Source of the DNA: an uncultured Flavobacteriaceae bacterium
Lineage (GTDB): Bacteria > Bacteroidota > Bacteroidia > Flavobacteriales > Flavobacteriaceae
Direction: 5' to 3'
Assembly: GCA_905181825.1 (NCBI GenBank)
Contig: CAJIZJ010000022.1
Coordinates: 10,794 to 74,793 of the forward strand
Length of the DNA: 64,000 nucleotides
A model generated the notes under the pieces. That model had not been told where the DNA came from, ran no database searches, and was given only the letters and a program-made list of their open reading frames with translations. A program made the translations under genes and the position numbers. Positions 29,254-39,001 of this stretch are shown here, piece after piece; positions within the stretch are counted from its first letter, which is position 1; each line of letters opens with the position of its first letter.

Positions 29254-30747
29254 ATGACCATGAAAAACATATGTCTTTATCTAAGTTTATTCTCGCTATT
29301 TATTGGTTCAAGTCAATCTGTAAAAGTTCCTGTCGACACCCTAGTTAGTACGACTCACTCCACTACAATAAAAGGGGTGAATTTTAATTATACTGCTGAA
29401 ACTGGCATGCAACCTGTTTGGGATAAGGAAGGCAAACCAATTGCTAGTTTGTTCTACACCTATTACACACGAAATAATATAAAAAACAGAGCGGAACGTC
29501 CCTTACTCATTTCGTTTAATGGCGGTCCAGGTTCAGCCTCCGTATGGATGCACATAGCTTATACAGGCCCTCGTATTTTAAATGTCGATTCTGAAGGCTA
29601 TCCTGTACAACCTTATGGTTTTAAAAACAATCCAAACTCTATATTGGACAAAGCTGATATTGTTTTTGTAAATCCTGTAAATACAGCCTACTCAAGAATG
29701 CTCCCAAATAATGAAGGAGAACTACCAGACCGAGAACAATTTTTTGGAATCAATGAAGACATTAAGTATTTAGCAGAATGGATTAATACATTTGTGAGCA
29801 GGAAAAACAGATGGGAATCTCCAAAATATATCATTGGAGAAAGCTATGGAGGTACTCGCGTGATGGGATTATCTTTAGAATTACAGGAAAATCAATGGAT
29901 GTACCTAAACGGAGTTATTTTAGTATCTCCAGCTGATTATAAGGTATTACGAGTCGGTGGACCTGTATCTTCTGCGTTAAATCTCCCCTATTATACGGCA
30001 ACTGCTTGGTATCACAAACAACTTCCTGAAGCACTTCAATCAAAAGATTTATTAGAAATCCTCCCCGAGGCTGAAGCCTTTGCTACTAACACACTATTAC
30101 CTGCATTGGCAAAAGGCGGCTTTATTGAGGTCTCAGAAAAAATGAAGATCAGTGAAAAATTAGCTTATTATTCAGGGTTGAAACAGAAAGTAATTTTACA
30201 ACACAACCTAGACGTCCCTAATTCATTTTTCTGGAAAGAACTTTTGAGAGATGAAACCGGACAAACTATAGGACGATTGGACTCCCGTTACCTTGGGGTT
30301 GATAAAAAAGAGTCCGGTGACAGACCCGATTATAGTGCAGAACTATCCTCTTGGCTTCATTCGTTTACACCCGCTATAAATCATTATGTTAAAAGTGAAT
30401 TACGTTTTGTAACAGATTTAAAATACAATATGTTTGGAGACGTACGACCATGGAATAATGACGGTGACAACACACGTGATAACCTAAGATTAGCGATGGC
30501 ACAAAACCCATACTTACAAGTACTAAACCAATCCGGATACTACGATGGCGCTACAACTTACTTTAACGCAAAATATACATTATCTCAAATAGACCCTAGT
30601 GGTAAAATGAAAGAGCGCTTTCACTTTAAAGGCTACAGAAGTGGGCATATGATGTATTTAAGAGAAGAAGATTTAATTCAGGCTAATGAAGACTTAAGAG
30701 AATTTCTTGAAATCTCATCTGCTAACGGTAAGTCCGCAAGATACTAA
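29254..30747 (+). CDS. S10-family serine carboxypeptidase, exported
   Basis: FNGGPGSAS; GESYGG nucleophile; GYYDGAT; SGHMMY. Confidence 0.92.
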   Translation: MTMKNICLYLSLFSLFIGSSQSVKVPVDTLVSTTHSTTIKGVNFNYTAETGMQPVWDKEGKPIASLFYTYYTRNNIKNRAERPLLISFNGGPGSASVWMHIAYTGPRILNVDSEGYPVQPYGFKNNPNSILDKADIVFVNPVNTAYSRMLPNNEGELPDREQFFGINEDIKYLAEWINTFVSRKNRWESPKYIIGESYGGTRVMGLSLELQENQWMYLNGVILVSPADYKVLRVGGPVSSALNLPYYTATAWYHKQLPEALQSKDLLEILPEAEAFATNTLLPALAKGGFIEVSEKMKISEKLAYYSGLKQKVILQHNLDVPNSFFWKELLRDETGQTIGRLDSRYLGVDKKESGDRPDYSAELSSWLHSFTPAINHYVKSELRFVTDLKYNMFGDVRPWNNDGDNTRDNLRLAMAQNPYLQVLNQSGYYDGATTYFNAKYTLSQIDPSGKMKERFHFKGYRSGHMMYLREEDLIQANEDLREFLEISSANGKSARY

Positions 30748-31754
30748 TGAGAACTCCCCTAGTAAGTGTTATAGTACCTTTCAAAAACACAGCTGATTAT
30801 TTAGAGGACTGTTTGGAATCAATATTAAAACAGACACTTACAAATTGGGAACTACTTATTGTCGATGACGGATCTACTGATGAGAGTCAAAAATTGGTTC
30901 AGAAATATGCTAACAAAGACAGCAGAATACAGCTGTTTAAAAATGATGGTAATGGAATAATTGAGGCCTTAAGAACGGCCTACCGCCATGCAAAAGGCAC
31001 ATATGTAACACGAATGGATAGTGACGATATAATGGCCGACAATAAACTTGAAAGCTTACAAAAATCACTAATATCTAACGGGAAAGGCCACCTAGCTATA
31101 GGAAATGTAAGTTATTTTTCTAAAGTAGGAATTGGAGATGGATATAAACGCTATGAAACTTGGCTAAACTCATTAACCAAAACGGGAACTAATTTTAATG
31201 AAATTTATAAGGAATGTGTAATTCCATCGCCTTGCTGGATGGTCTATAAATCCGACTTAGACAATTGTGGGGGATTTGCTCCCAATGTGTACCCAGAAGA
31301 TTATGACTTGGCATTTCGCTTTTTTAAATATGGCCTCAAATGTATTCCTTCTAACAAAGTACTACACTACTGGAGGGACTACCCTATTAGAACCTCTAGG
31401 ATAGATGAGAACTACGCCGAAAACTCTTTCTTAGAACTTAAAGTCAACTACTTTTTAGAGCTATCCCATCAAAAAGAAAAACAACTAATTATTTGGGGAG
31501 CAGGAACCAAAGGAAAAAAAATAGCTCGCTTACTAATTGAAAGAAATATAAAATTTGATTGGATTTGTGACAATCCAAAAAAAATAGGGAAAACTATTTA
31601 TAATCAAACATTAAAGCCTACCGACTATTTAAGTACCCTAAAAAATGCTCAAAGTATTATATCCGTAGCAAATCGTGAGGCTCAATTAGAAATAAAACAC
31701 ATTTTAACGACTTTAGAGTTAATAGATTTAGATGATTATTTCTTCTTCTGTTGA
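30747..31754 (+). CDS. Family 2 glycosyltransferase with C-terminal Rossmann-like domain
   Basis: VSVIVP, VDDGSTD, RMDSDD, EDYDL; IIWGAGTKG; TAATG overlap with the upstream gene. Confidence 0.9.
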   Translation: MRTPLVSVIVPFKNTADYLEDCLESILKQTLTNWELLIVDDGSTDESQKLVQKYANKDSRIQLFKNDGNGIIEALRTAYRHAKGTYVTRMDSDDIMADNKLESLQKSLISNGKGHLAIGNVSYFSKVGIGDGYKRYETWLNSLTKTGTNFNEIYKECVIPSPCWMVYKSDLDNCGGFAPNVYPEDYDLAFRFFKYGLKCIPSNKVLHYWRDYPIRTSRIDENYAENSFLELKVNYFLELSHQKEKQLIIWGAGTKGKKIARLLIERNIKFDWICDNPKKIGKTIYNQTLKPTDYLSTLKNAQSIISVANREAQLEIKHILTTLELIDLDDYFFFC

Positions 31755-31800
31755 GTGAATCAAAGTTTAGTTTTTTATATTTGACAAATCAATTAAACGG

Positions 31801-33726
31801 ATGCAGTTTTTACACCCAGAATATTTCTATGCTCTACCAGCACTACTCATCCCCATTTTCATTCACTTATTTCAACTAAGACGTTTTAAAAAGTATGCAT
31901 TTACAAATGTTGCTTTACTGCAAAAATTAAGGTTTCAAACCAGAAAAAGTTCACAAATAAAAAAATGGCTAGTTCTTATTTTGAGACTCTTGGCTATCGC
32001 TTGTATTATTTTAGCGTTTACCCAACCTTATTTTTCTAATCAGAAAGCAACTGACAATACGTCTGAAACCGTAATTTATTTAGATAATTCTTTTAGCATG
32101 CAAGCCCTTGGAGCAAATGGTCCTTTATTAAAAAGAGGGATTCAGGATGTTATTGATGGTATTGAAGAAACAAAGAAAATTAGCGTATTTACTAATGAGA
32201 ATAGCTATGAATCAATTACACTTAAAAACCTGAAAAATAAATTACTTAACATAAGTTACAGTCAAGACCAACTAAGCTTAAACAATGTGATTTTAAAAGG
32301 GACTTCGCTGTTTTCTAATTCTAAAAGCAGTTTAAAAACTCTTTTAGTGGTATCAGACTTTCAAAAACACGACCAAAATTTATTAACAGAAATAGATACT
32401 ACGATTAAAGTCGTTTTTGTGCCACTGAAGCCCTTAAACACAGCTAATGATTACATAGATACTATTTCAATAGAGTCCTCATTAAATTCTAACACAGAGA
32501 TAAATGTCACAGCAAAGACCAACGATAAAAACAAAGACAGTATTGCTGTAACTTTATTTGAAGGAAATAAAAAAATTGGGAAATCAATTTTAGAAAAATC
32601 AAAAGGCTATCAAACGTCTTTTGAAGTTCAAACTAAAAAAGGATTCAAAGGTAAATTTTCTATAGAGGATAGTCAGATATATTATGACGACAACTTCTAT
32701 TTTAGTATTCCAAAAACAAGTAAAATTTCCGTTCTGGCTATAAATGATCAAACGAGTGCTAATTTTTTAAGTAAAATATATACCAAAGATGAATTTGTAT
32801 TTAAAAATCAAGATTATAAAACATTAGACTTTAGTGAAATTAAAAATAATAATTTAATAGTACTAAACGGGATAAATAATATTTCTTTGGTATTAAAAAA
32901 CAGCCTAAAAGACTTCATGAATTCAGGAGGAATTGTATTAATGATCCCAGGAAGCAAAGGAGATGTCTTATCGTATAACCAGTTAATATCTACACAAACA
33001 AAGCACTCTCTAAAACCTCTAAAACTACAAGAAAAAAGTATTACTGGAATTGAATTTAATCATACTGTTTTAAAAGATGTGTTTAAAACAAAAGTGTCAA
33101 ATTTTCAATACCCGTCGGTTAAAAGCTACTACCCTGTGACTGCCTCGTCCAATAAAATACTGACTTTTGAAGACCAACAAGCTTTTTTATCTCAGTTTAA
33201 TTCACTTTTTGTGTTTACTGCTTCATTAGATGCTGTTAACTCTAACTTCAAAAACTCTCCATTAATTGTCCCAACTCTTTATAACATCGGAAGACTTAGT
33301 CTAAGAAATCTACCACTACAGTACTGGACAGGAGAGAAAAACACCTTTGATCTCAAAGTCAACTTACAAAAAGATCATATTTTAAAACTTAGTCGTAACA
33401 AAGAAGAATTTATACCTCTGCAATCAAACTTCAATTCAAAAGTACAAATTACAACAGATGAAATGCCAAACGAACCAGGACATTATGCTGTTATAAAAAA
33501 TAGTGATACTATAACACATATTAGCTACAACTATAATCGAAAAGAAAGCCTTCTTATTTACGATAACCTTTTGGATATTGAAGGAGTGATTATAAACAAT
33601 TCTCTAAACATTGTACTTAAAAATATAAATTCTGAGTCGAATGTAATGAGGTTATGGAAATGGTTTATTATTTTTGCTTTAATATTATTAGCTTTTGAAA
33701 TGCTCATCTTAAAATACTTTAAATGA
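31801..33726 (+). CDS. BatA-type N-terminal double-TM / vWA-domain membrane protein
   Basis: IPIFIHLF..RR...F....L, LRLLAI...ILAFTQP; MIDAS-like DNSFSM and SDFQ; C-terminal LWKWF...AL..L..E anchor; -7 element TATATTTG upstream. Confidence 0.82.
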   Translation: MQFLHPEYFYALPALLIPIFIHLFQLRRFKKYAFTNVALLQKLRFQTRKSSQIKKWLVLILRLLAIACIILAFTQPYFSNQKATDNTSETVIYLDNSFSMQALGANGPLLKRGIQDVIDGIEETKKISVFTNENSYESITLKNLKNKLLNISYSQDQLSLNNVILKGTSLFSNSKSSLKTLLVVSDFQKHDQNLLTEIDTTIKVVFVPLKPLNTANDYIDTISIESSLNSNTEINVTAKTNDKNKDSIAVTLFEGNKKIGKSILEKSKGYQTSFEVQTKKGFKGKFSIEDSQIYYDDNFYFSIPKTSKISVLAINDQTSANFLSKIYTKDEFVFKNQDYKTLDFSEIKNNNLIVLNGINNISLVLKNSLKDFMNSGGIVLMIPGSKGDVLSYNQLISTQTKHSLKPLKLQEKSITGIEFNHTVLKDVFKTKVSNFQYPSVKSYYPVTASSNKILTFEDQQAFLSQFNSLFVFTASLDAVNSNFKNSPLIVPTLYNIGRLSLRNLPLQYWTGEKNTFDLKVNLQKDHILKLSRNKEEFIPLQSNFNSKVQITTDEMPNEPGHYAVIKNSDTITHISYNYNRKESLLIYDNLLDIEGVIINNSLNIVLKNINSESNVMRLWKWFIIFALILLAFEMLILKYFK

Positions 33727-34979
33727 ACGTACTTATAAAATCAGCTACCATACTTGATGACAAAAGTGATTTCCATAATCAAACTCAAGATATCTTACTT
33801 GAAAACGGTTTCATTACTGAAATTGCTAACTCTCTCAAAAACCCAAATAAATATCCTATCATTAGTCTAGAAAACCTTCACGTGTCAAGTGGTTGGTTTG
33901 ACAGTAGTGTGTCATTTGGAGAGCCTGGGTTTGAAGAACGTGAAACACTATCAAATGGATTAGAAGTTGCAGCAGGATCTGGATTTACAGATGTTGCACT
34001 TAACTCGAATACCAATCCTGTAATTGATTCTCATTCAGATATATCTTTTGTGATTTCAAAATCCTCAAATGCCACGACCAAACTCCACCCTATTGGAGCT
34101 CTGACAAATGAAAGTAAAGGTACTGATCTGGCAGAATTATTTGACATGAAAACGGCAGGAAGCGTTGCCTTTGGAGATTATAAAAAACCCATTAAAAACC
34201 CCAATCTACTTAAAATCGCCTTGCAGTATGCCTCTAACTTTAATGGAGTTGTACACTCCTTTCCTCACGAAGCTAAGGTGGCCACAAAAGGGGTTATGAA
34301 CGAAAATATAACAAGTACCAGACTTGGACTTAAAGGATTGCCAGCGCTGGCTGAAGAATTACAAATTGTTAGGGATTTATTTATATTAGAATACACAGGT
34401 GGAAAATTACACATCCCTACAATTTCAACAAAAAAATCTGTGGAGCTAATCCGCGATGCCAAATCAAAAAAACTAGATGTTAGTTGTAGTGTCGCTATCC
34501 ACAACCTGCTCTATACAGATGAAAAATTAATTGATTTTGACACAAACTTTAAAGTTAATCCTCCTTTAAGATTAGCATCAGATTCTGAAGCTCTAATAGA
34601 GGGACTGAAAGATGGAACCATTGACATGGTAACATCTGATCACAACCCCATAAACATTGAATATAAAAAAACAGAATTTGAATATGCCAAAAATGGTACG
34701 ATCGGATTAGAAAGTGCCTTTGGCGCTTTAAATTCATTGTTTTCTACAAAAAAAACAATCCAGCTCCTTACCAAAGGAAAAGAGCGATTTGGGGTGGAAA
34801 ACTCAATCATCAAAATTGGTAGTCTAGCCCATTTGAGTTTATTTAATCCAACTAAAAACTATGTTTTTGAAAGTAAACACATTCGTTCAAAATCAAAAAA
34901 CTCATTGTTTATTGACACAAAACTAAAAGGAACAGTTTATGGTATTATTGCCAATAACAAAACCTCAATAACAATTTAA
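33723..34979 (+). CDS. Dihydroorotase-like amidohydrolase lacking the metal-binding histidines (PyrC'-like)
   Basis: Type-I DHOase scaffold (EPG..ERET, NTNP, KVNPPLR, TSDHNP), but DSSVSFG replaces DxHxHxR. Confidence 0.8.
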   Translation: MNVLIKSATILDDKSDFHNQTQDILLENGFITEIANSLKNPNKYPIISLENLHVSSGWFDSSVSFGEPGFEERETLSNGLEVAAGSGFTDVALNSNTNPVIDSHSDISFVISKSSNATTKLHPIGALTNESKGTDLAELFDMKTAGSVAFGDYKKPIKNPNLLKIALQYASNFNGVVHSFPHEAKVATKGVMNENITSTRLGLKGLPALAEELQIVRDLFILEYTGGKLHIPTISTKKSVELIRDAKSKKLDVSCSVAIHNLLYTDEKLIDFDTNFKVNPPLRLASDSEALIEGLKDGTIDMVTSDHNPINIEYKKTEFEYAKNGTIGLESAFGALNSLFSTKKTIQLLTKGKERFGVENSIIKIGSLAHLSLFNPTKNYVFESKHIRSKSKNSLFIDTKLKGTVYGIIANNKTSITI

Positions 34980-35311
34980 TGTTAGAAAATAAAGATGTTA
35001 AGTTAGGTAAAAGCATCGCTGTCATAAGCTATTTTTACCTTATTGGTGTTCTCATCGCTTACCTTACAAATTCAGATAAAAAAAGTATGTTTGCTTATTT
35101 TCATATTAGACAATCTTTAGGACTCTGGCTTTCATTTATGGCTTTAGGATATCCTATTGGTTATTTTGATAATTGGCAAATCACATATTCATTTTGGATA
35201 GCCTTCAGTATTTTGTTTATTTATGGGTTTTCAACAGCCCTTTCAGGTAAAATGATACCAATTCCGCTTGTTGGAAAAATATATCAAAAAGCGTTTAAAA
35301 AAATTCATTAA
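34979..35311 (+). CDS. Small membrane protein (DUF4870/Tic20-like)
   Basis: IAVISY, FHIRQSLGL, ALSGK..PIPLVG; three hydrophobic segments. Confidence 0.72.
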   Translation: MLENKDVKLGKSIAVISYFYLIGVLIAYLTNSDKKSMFAYFHIRQSLGLWLSFMALGYPIGYFDNWQITYSFWIAFSILFIYGFSTALSGKMIPIPLVGKIYQKAFKKIH

Positions 35312-35965
35312 ATGATTAAAGAACTACCATTAGAACACACCAGTAGACCTTCAACTTTAAAAGAAAATGCGCCATTATTAATTATGCTTCATGGCTATGG
35401 AAGTGATGAAAATGATTTATTTTCATTTGCAAATGAGCTTCCTGAAGAACTGTTTATAATTTCACTAAAAGCTCCTTACCCGCTACAACCCCATGGAAAC
35501 GCTTGGTATGCGATTAATTTTGATGCGGAGCAAAACAAATGGAATGACAATGATCAAGCTAAACTATCAATGGAACTACTCATTGAATGCATTGACATAA
35601 TCTGTGAAACACATCCAGTTAATAAAAATAATATATCCTTGCTTGGGTTCAGTCAAGGAACAATTCTGGGAATGGCTACAGCACTAAACCACCCCTCCAA
35701 AATTAAAAATGTGATTGGACTAAGTGGATACATAAACCACGACATACTACCCAACAACACTAACGATTTAGACTATTCAAATCTAAACTTTTATTGTTCT
35801 CATGGCACAGTAGATCAAGTCATCCCAATAGATTGGGCACGACAAACCCCCGTATTTCTCAAATCACTAAATATAAAACACACCTATAGTGAATTCCCTG
35901 TAGGGCATGGAGTCGCTCCAAAGAACTTCTACGAACTAAGAGACTGGATCTCAACAAAAATTTAG
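35312..35965 (+). CDS. Phospholipase/carboxylesterase (alpha/beta hydrolase)
   Basis: MLHGYGS, GFSQG, HGTVDQVIP and GHGV catalytic-triad motifs. Confidence 0.92.
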   Translation: MIKELPLEHTSRPSTLKENAPLLIMLHGYGSDENDLFSFANELPEELFIISLKAPYPLQPHGNAWYAINFDAEQNKWNDNDQAKLSMELLIECIDIICETHPVNKNNISLLGFSQGTILGMATALNHPSKIKNVIGLSGYINHDILPNNTNDLDYSNLNFYCSHGTVDQVIPIDWARQTPVFLKSLNIKHTYSEFPVGHGVAPKNFYELRDWISTKI

Positions 35966-36031
35966 TGGTAATTAATCAATAATTGGGTTTTAAAGTTAAA
36001 AACACAACTGTGATGTTTTGAAGACTGTTAT

Positions 36032-36184
36032 TTAAACATTCTTATTCTCCAAGTTTTCAATTTTTGTCTTGAATTTTTTTATATCAGTTTCGTACTTATC
36101 AATAATACTTTTGGAATTAACATATTGAAATACATTAACCAAAAGAGAAAACAGTAAAAGGTATAATAAGATATTTTTTTTCAT
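36032..36184 (-). CDS. Small membrane-anchored coiled-coil protein (50 aa), possibly truncated
   Basis: ATG lies 1 nt after the MBL gene stop; MKKNILLYLLLFSLLVNVFQYVNSK followed by a charged helix. Confidence 0.55.
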   Translation of the reverse strand: MKKNILLYLLLFSLLVNVFQYVNSKSIIDKYETDIKKFKTKIENLENKNV

Positions 36185-36185
36185 T

Positions 36186-36947
36186 TTAAATAGATATTTG
36201 TAATTGATCATAAGCAATTTTCACATTATCGGGAAGTTTTTTTTCGACTGCATCGTGAAAACCTAAATGATGACTAATATGAGTTAAATAAGCTTTTTTA
36301 GGGTTTACTAATTTTATAAAAGCTAATGCTTCTTTGAGGTTAAAATGAGAAACATGAGGTTCAATACGTAAGGCGTTAATAACCAAAACATCTAAATTTT
36401 TTAGTTTCTCAACTTCGGCTTCTGGAATAGTTTTAGCATCCGTTATATAAGCAAAATTATCAATCCTATACCCAAATATTGGTAAAGTGTTATGCAGTAC
36501 ATTGATAGGAATAATAGTTTTACTTCCGGTTATAAAAGAGTTCTTTGAGATCTTATGGTCATTCAAAGTAAGTACACCTGGATATTTATTTTCTTTCTTA
36601 AAAATATAATCAAATCGTTTGTAAAGCGACTTCAAAACACGTTCATCAGCATAAATATCTATAGCACCTTGTCTGTAAAAAAAGGGTCTTAAATCGTCTA
36701 AACCAGCAGTGTGATCGCTGTGTTCATGAGTAAAAAGAACAGCATTAATTTCGGAACAATCCGTTCGTAACAACTGCTGTCTAAAGTCTGGGCCACAATC
36801 AATTAAAATTGAGAAATCAGACCATTGAACCAAAACAGAAACTCGAAGGCGTTTATCCTTGGGGTTATCACTTAGACAAACAGGGTGATTACTCCCTATA
36901 ATAGGAATGCCTTGCGAAGTTCCGGTGCCTAAAAATGTGATTTTCAA
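36186..36947 (-). CDS. Metallo-beta-lactamase-fold phosphodiesterase (PhnP/YycJ-like), TTG start
   Basis: FLGTGTSQGIP, IDCGPDFR, THEHSDH, AYITD, THISH, AYD. Confidence 0.9.
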   Translation of the reverse strand: MKITFLGTGTSQGIPIIGSNHPVCLSDNPKDKRLRVSVLVQWSDFSILIDCGPDFRQQLLRTDCSEINAVLFTHEHSDHTAGLDDLRPFFYRQGAIDIYADERVLKSLYKRFDYIFKKENKYPGVLTLNDHKISKNSFITGSKTIIPINVLHNTLPIFGYRIDNFAYITDAKTIPEAEVEKLKNLDVLVINALRIEPHVSHFNLKEALAFIKLVNPKKAYLTHISHHLGFHDAVEKKLPDNVKIAYDQLQISI

Positions 36948-37041
36948 TTCGTTTTTAATTTTAACAAAAATAGTCTATTTTTTTTTGTAAGATTATCTAA
37001 AATAGTACATTTGTGTATAAACCAACTCCTTAAAATCGAAG

Positions 37042-38478
37042 ATGGAAATAACCCTAAAAGGAGATGCTAAAATAGAAAGCATCCCATCACTTAAAGACAA
37101 AGCGTTAAGAATTAATCTAAATGAGAATATATACGGGACTTTTGCCGAGATAGGAGCTGGACAAGAAACAGTAAGACAATTCTTTAGAGCTGGTGGTGCA
37201 TCAGGAACAATTGCAAAAGCAATGTCTGCTTATGACAAATCCTTTAGTGATGCCATTTATGGTAACGAAAAAAACCAACGATATGTAACCGAAGATCGTT
37301 TAAAGAAAATGCTGTCTCATGAGGTTAAACTTATCGAAGATAGACTTTCTAGAGATCAATATCCTAATAAAATGTTTTTCAGCTACGCAAATACAGTGGC
37401 TACAATAGATTTTGCAAAACGCTTTAAAGGTCATGGTTGGGTTGGAATTAAATATCAAATTGACTCAGAACAAGAAGAGTATAACGAAATCACACTTCAC
37501 ATACGTTTTAAAGAAACAGATGCTCGATTACAACAAGAAACACTCGGTAAATTAGGTACTAATTTAATTTATGGTGCATATTATAAATACAATAGGCCTA
37601 AAAAACTTTTAAGATATCTGTACGACCATATAGATAAAGACCAATTAGAAATTGACACTATAAACTTCTCAGGTCCTGAATTTAAAGACGTTGACAATAG
37701 GCTAATGAGCCTCCAGTTACTGAAAAATGGAATGACAGATGCCGTTATGTTTTCCCCTGACGGAAACAATGTATTGCCTGCTCGAGTGTTATACAAAAAA
37801 AATATCTTGGCTTTTAGAGGGAGTTTTAGACCAGTAACTAAAGTAAACATGGATATGTATGAGAAATCATATGAAATGTTTATTAATGAAAATAAAGTTC
37901 AGAAAGAAAAAACTCAAGTCGTTTTTGAAATCACATTGTCAAACTTAAGAGCCTCTGGAGGCGAAATTGACGAGCAAGACTTCATGGACCGAGCAAGATT
38001 ACTTTGTTCATTGGGTCAAACAGTTTTAATCTCTAACTTTCAAGAGTATTATAAGCTTGTTGAATACTTTAACTTGTACTCAAAAAACCGGATGGGATTA
38101 GCCATGGGGATTAATAATTTGATTGATATTTTTGACGAAAAATATTATCGTCATTTAAGCGGTGGCATTTTAGAAGCCTTCGGGAAACTTTTTTATAAAG
38201 ACTTAAAAGTTTACTTATACCCAATGCTAAATGAAAATAAAACAATGACGACCAGTGATGACCTTAAAGTGCATCCACGAATGAAAGAGCTTTATAAGTT
38301 CTTTAAGTTTAATGGTAAACTAGTGGATATAAAGAACTACGACCCAGAAATACTTAATATTTTTTCTAGAACGGTCCTTAAAATGATTTCTAAAGACGAG
38401 CACGGATGGGAAGAGATGCTTCCTGAAGGGGTTGCTGATATCATAAAAGAACAAAAGCTATTTGGGTACGAAGCCTAA
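37042..38478 (+). CDS. Conserved cytoplasmic protein with a degenerate nucleotidyltransferase (NadD-like) C-terminal domain
   Basis: GTFAEIGAGQE, GGASGTIAKAMSAYD; FRGSFRPVTKVN resembles GSFxPxHxGH; no signal peptide or barrel features. Confidence 0.6.
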   Translation: MEITLKGDAKIESIPSLKDKALRINLNENIYGTFAEIGAGQETVRQFFRAGGASGTIAKAMSAYDKSFSDAIYGNEKNQRYVTEDRLKKMLSHEVKLIEDRLSRDQYPNKMFFSYANTVATIDFAKRFKGHGWVGIKYQIDSEQEEYNEITLHIRFKETDARLQQETLGKLGTNLIYGAYYKYNRPKKLLRYLYDHIDKDQLEIDTINFSGPEFKDVDNRLMSLQLLKNGMTDAVMFSPDGNNVLPARVLYKKNILAFRGSFRPVTKVNMDMYEKSYEMFINENKVQKEKTQVVFEITLSNLRASGGEIDEQDFMDRARLLCSLGQTVLISNFQEYYKLVEYFNLYSKNRMGLAMGINNLIDIFDEKYYRHLSGGILEAFGKLFYKDLKVYLYPMLNENKTMTTSDDLKVHPRMKELYKFFKFNGKLVDIKNYDPEILNIFSRTVLKMISKDEHGWEEMLPEGVADIIKEQKLFGYEA

Positions 38479-38519
38479 TTAAATAAAAAAACGGCCATTT
38501 GGCCGTTTTTTTTATTTAA
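38479..38519. terminator. Bidirectional intrinsic terminator
   Basis: AAAAAAACGGCCA-tt-TGGCCGTTTTTTTT between convergent genes. Confidence 0.9.
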
Positions 38520-38964
38520 GAATTTGAGCTGTATGCTCTTTCGTTTTTACTTTTAAAATAATATCCTCTATTAGTCCTCGTTCATCAATTACAAAAGTAG
38601 TTCTGTGAATACCATCATATTCCTTACCCATGAACTTTTTTGGGCCCCAAACTCCAAACGCCGTAATTACCGTCTTGTCCTCGTCTGCTAACAATGGATA
38701 AGGGAATTTATATTTTTCCTTAAAATTAGACTGTCTTTTAGCACTATCTGCACTAACTCCTAAAACATCATAACCTAATGCTGTAAAACGGCTGTAGTTA
38801 TCACTTAAATTGCAAGCTTCTACAGTACACCCAGGAGTACTTGCTTTTGGATAAAAAAACAAGACAAGCTTCTTTCCTTTATAATTATCTAATGATATTG
38901 AGTTCCCTTTCTCATCTAAGCAGTTGAAAACTGGAGCGGCATCTCCTATTTTTAGTGTAGTCAT
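38512..38964 (-). CDS. bcp: Thioredoxin-dependent thiol peroxidase Bcp/PrxQ
   Basis: FYPKASTPGCTVEAC, GVSAD, RTTFVID. Confidence 0.95.
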   Translation of the reverse strand: MTTLKIGDAAPVFNCLDEKGNSISLDNYKGKKLVLFFYPKASTPGCTVEACNLSDNYSRFTALGYDVLGVSADSAKRQSNFKEKYKFPYPLLADEDKTVITAFGVWGPKKFMGKEYDGIHRTTFVIDERGLIEDIILKVKTKEHTAQILK

Positions 38965-39001
38965 AATTAGTATATTTGAATATCATTACAAATATATAAG
39001 A

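Noticed and set aside
37042-38478. TonB-dependent receptor label that I recall being attached to this family
   Set aside because: No signal peptide, plug or beta-barrel pattern; the sequence looks alpha/beta cytoplasmic.
38924-39001. N-terminal extension of nth overlapping bcp
   Set aside because: It overlaps the divergent bcp start and promoter region; ATG 39002 gives a normal-length Nth.
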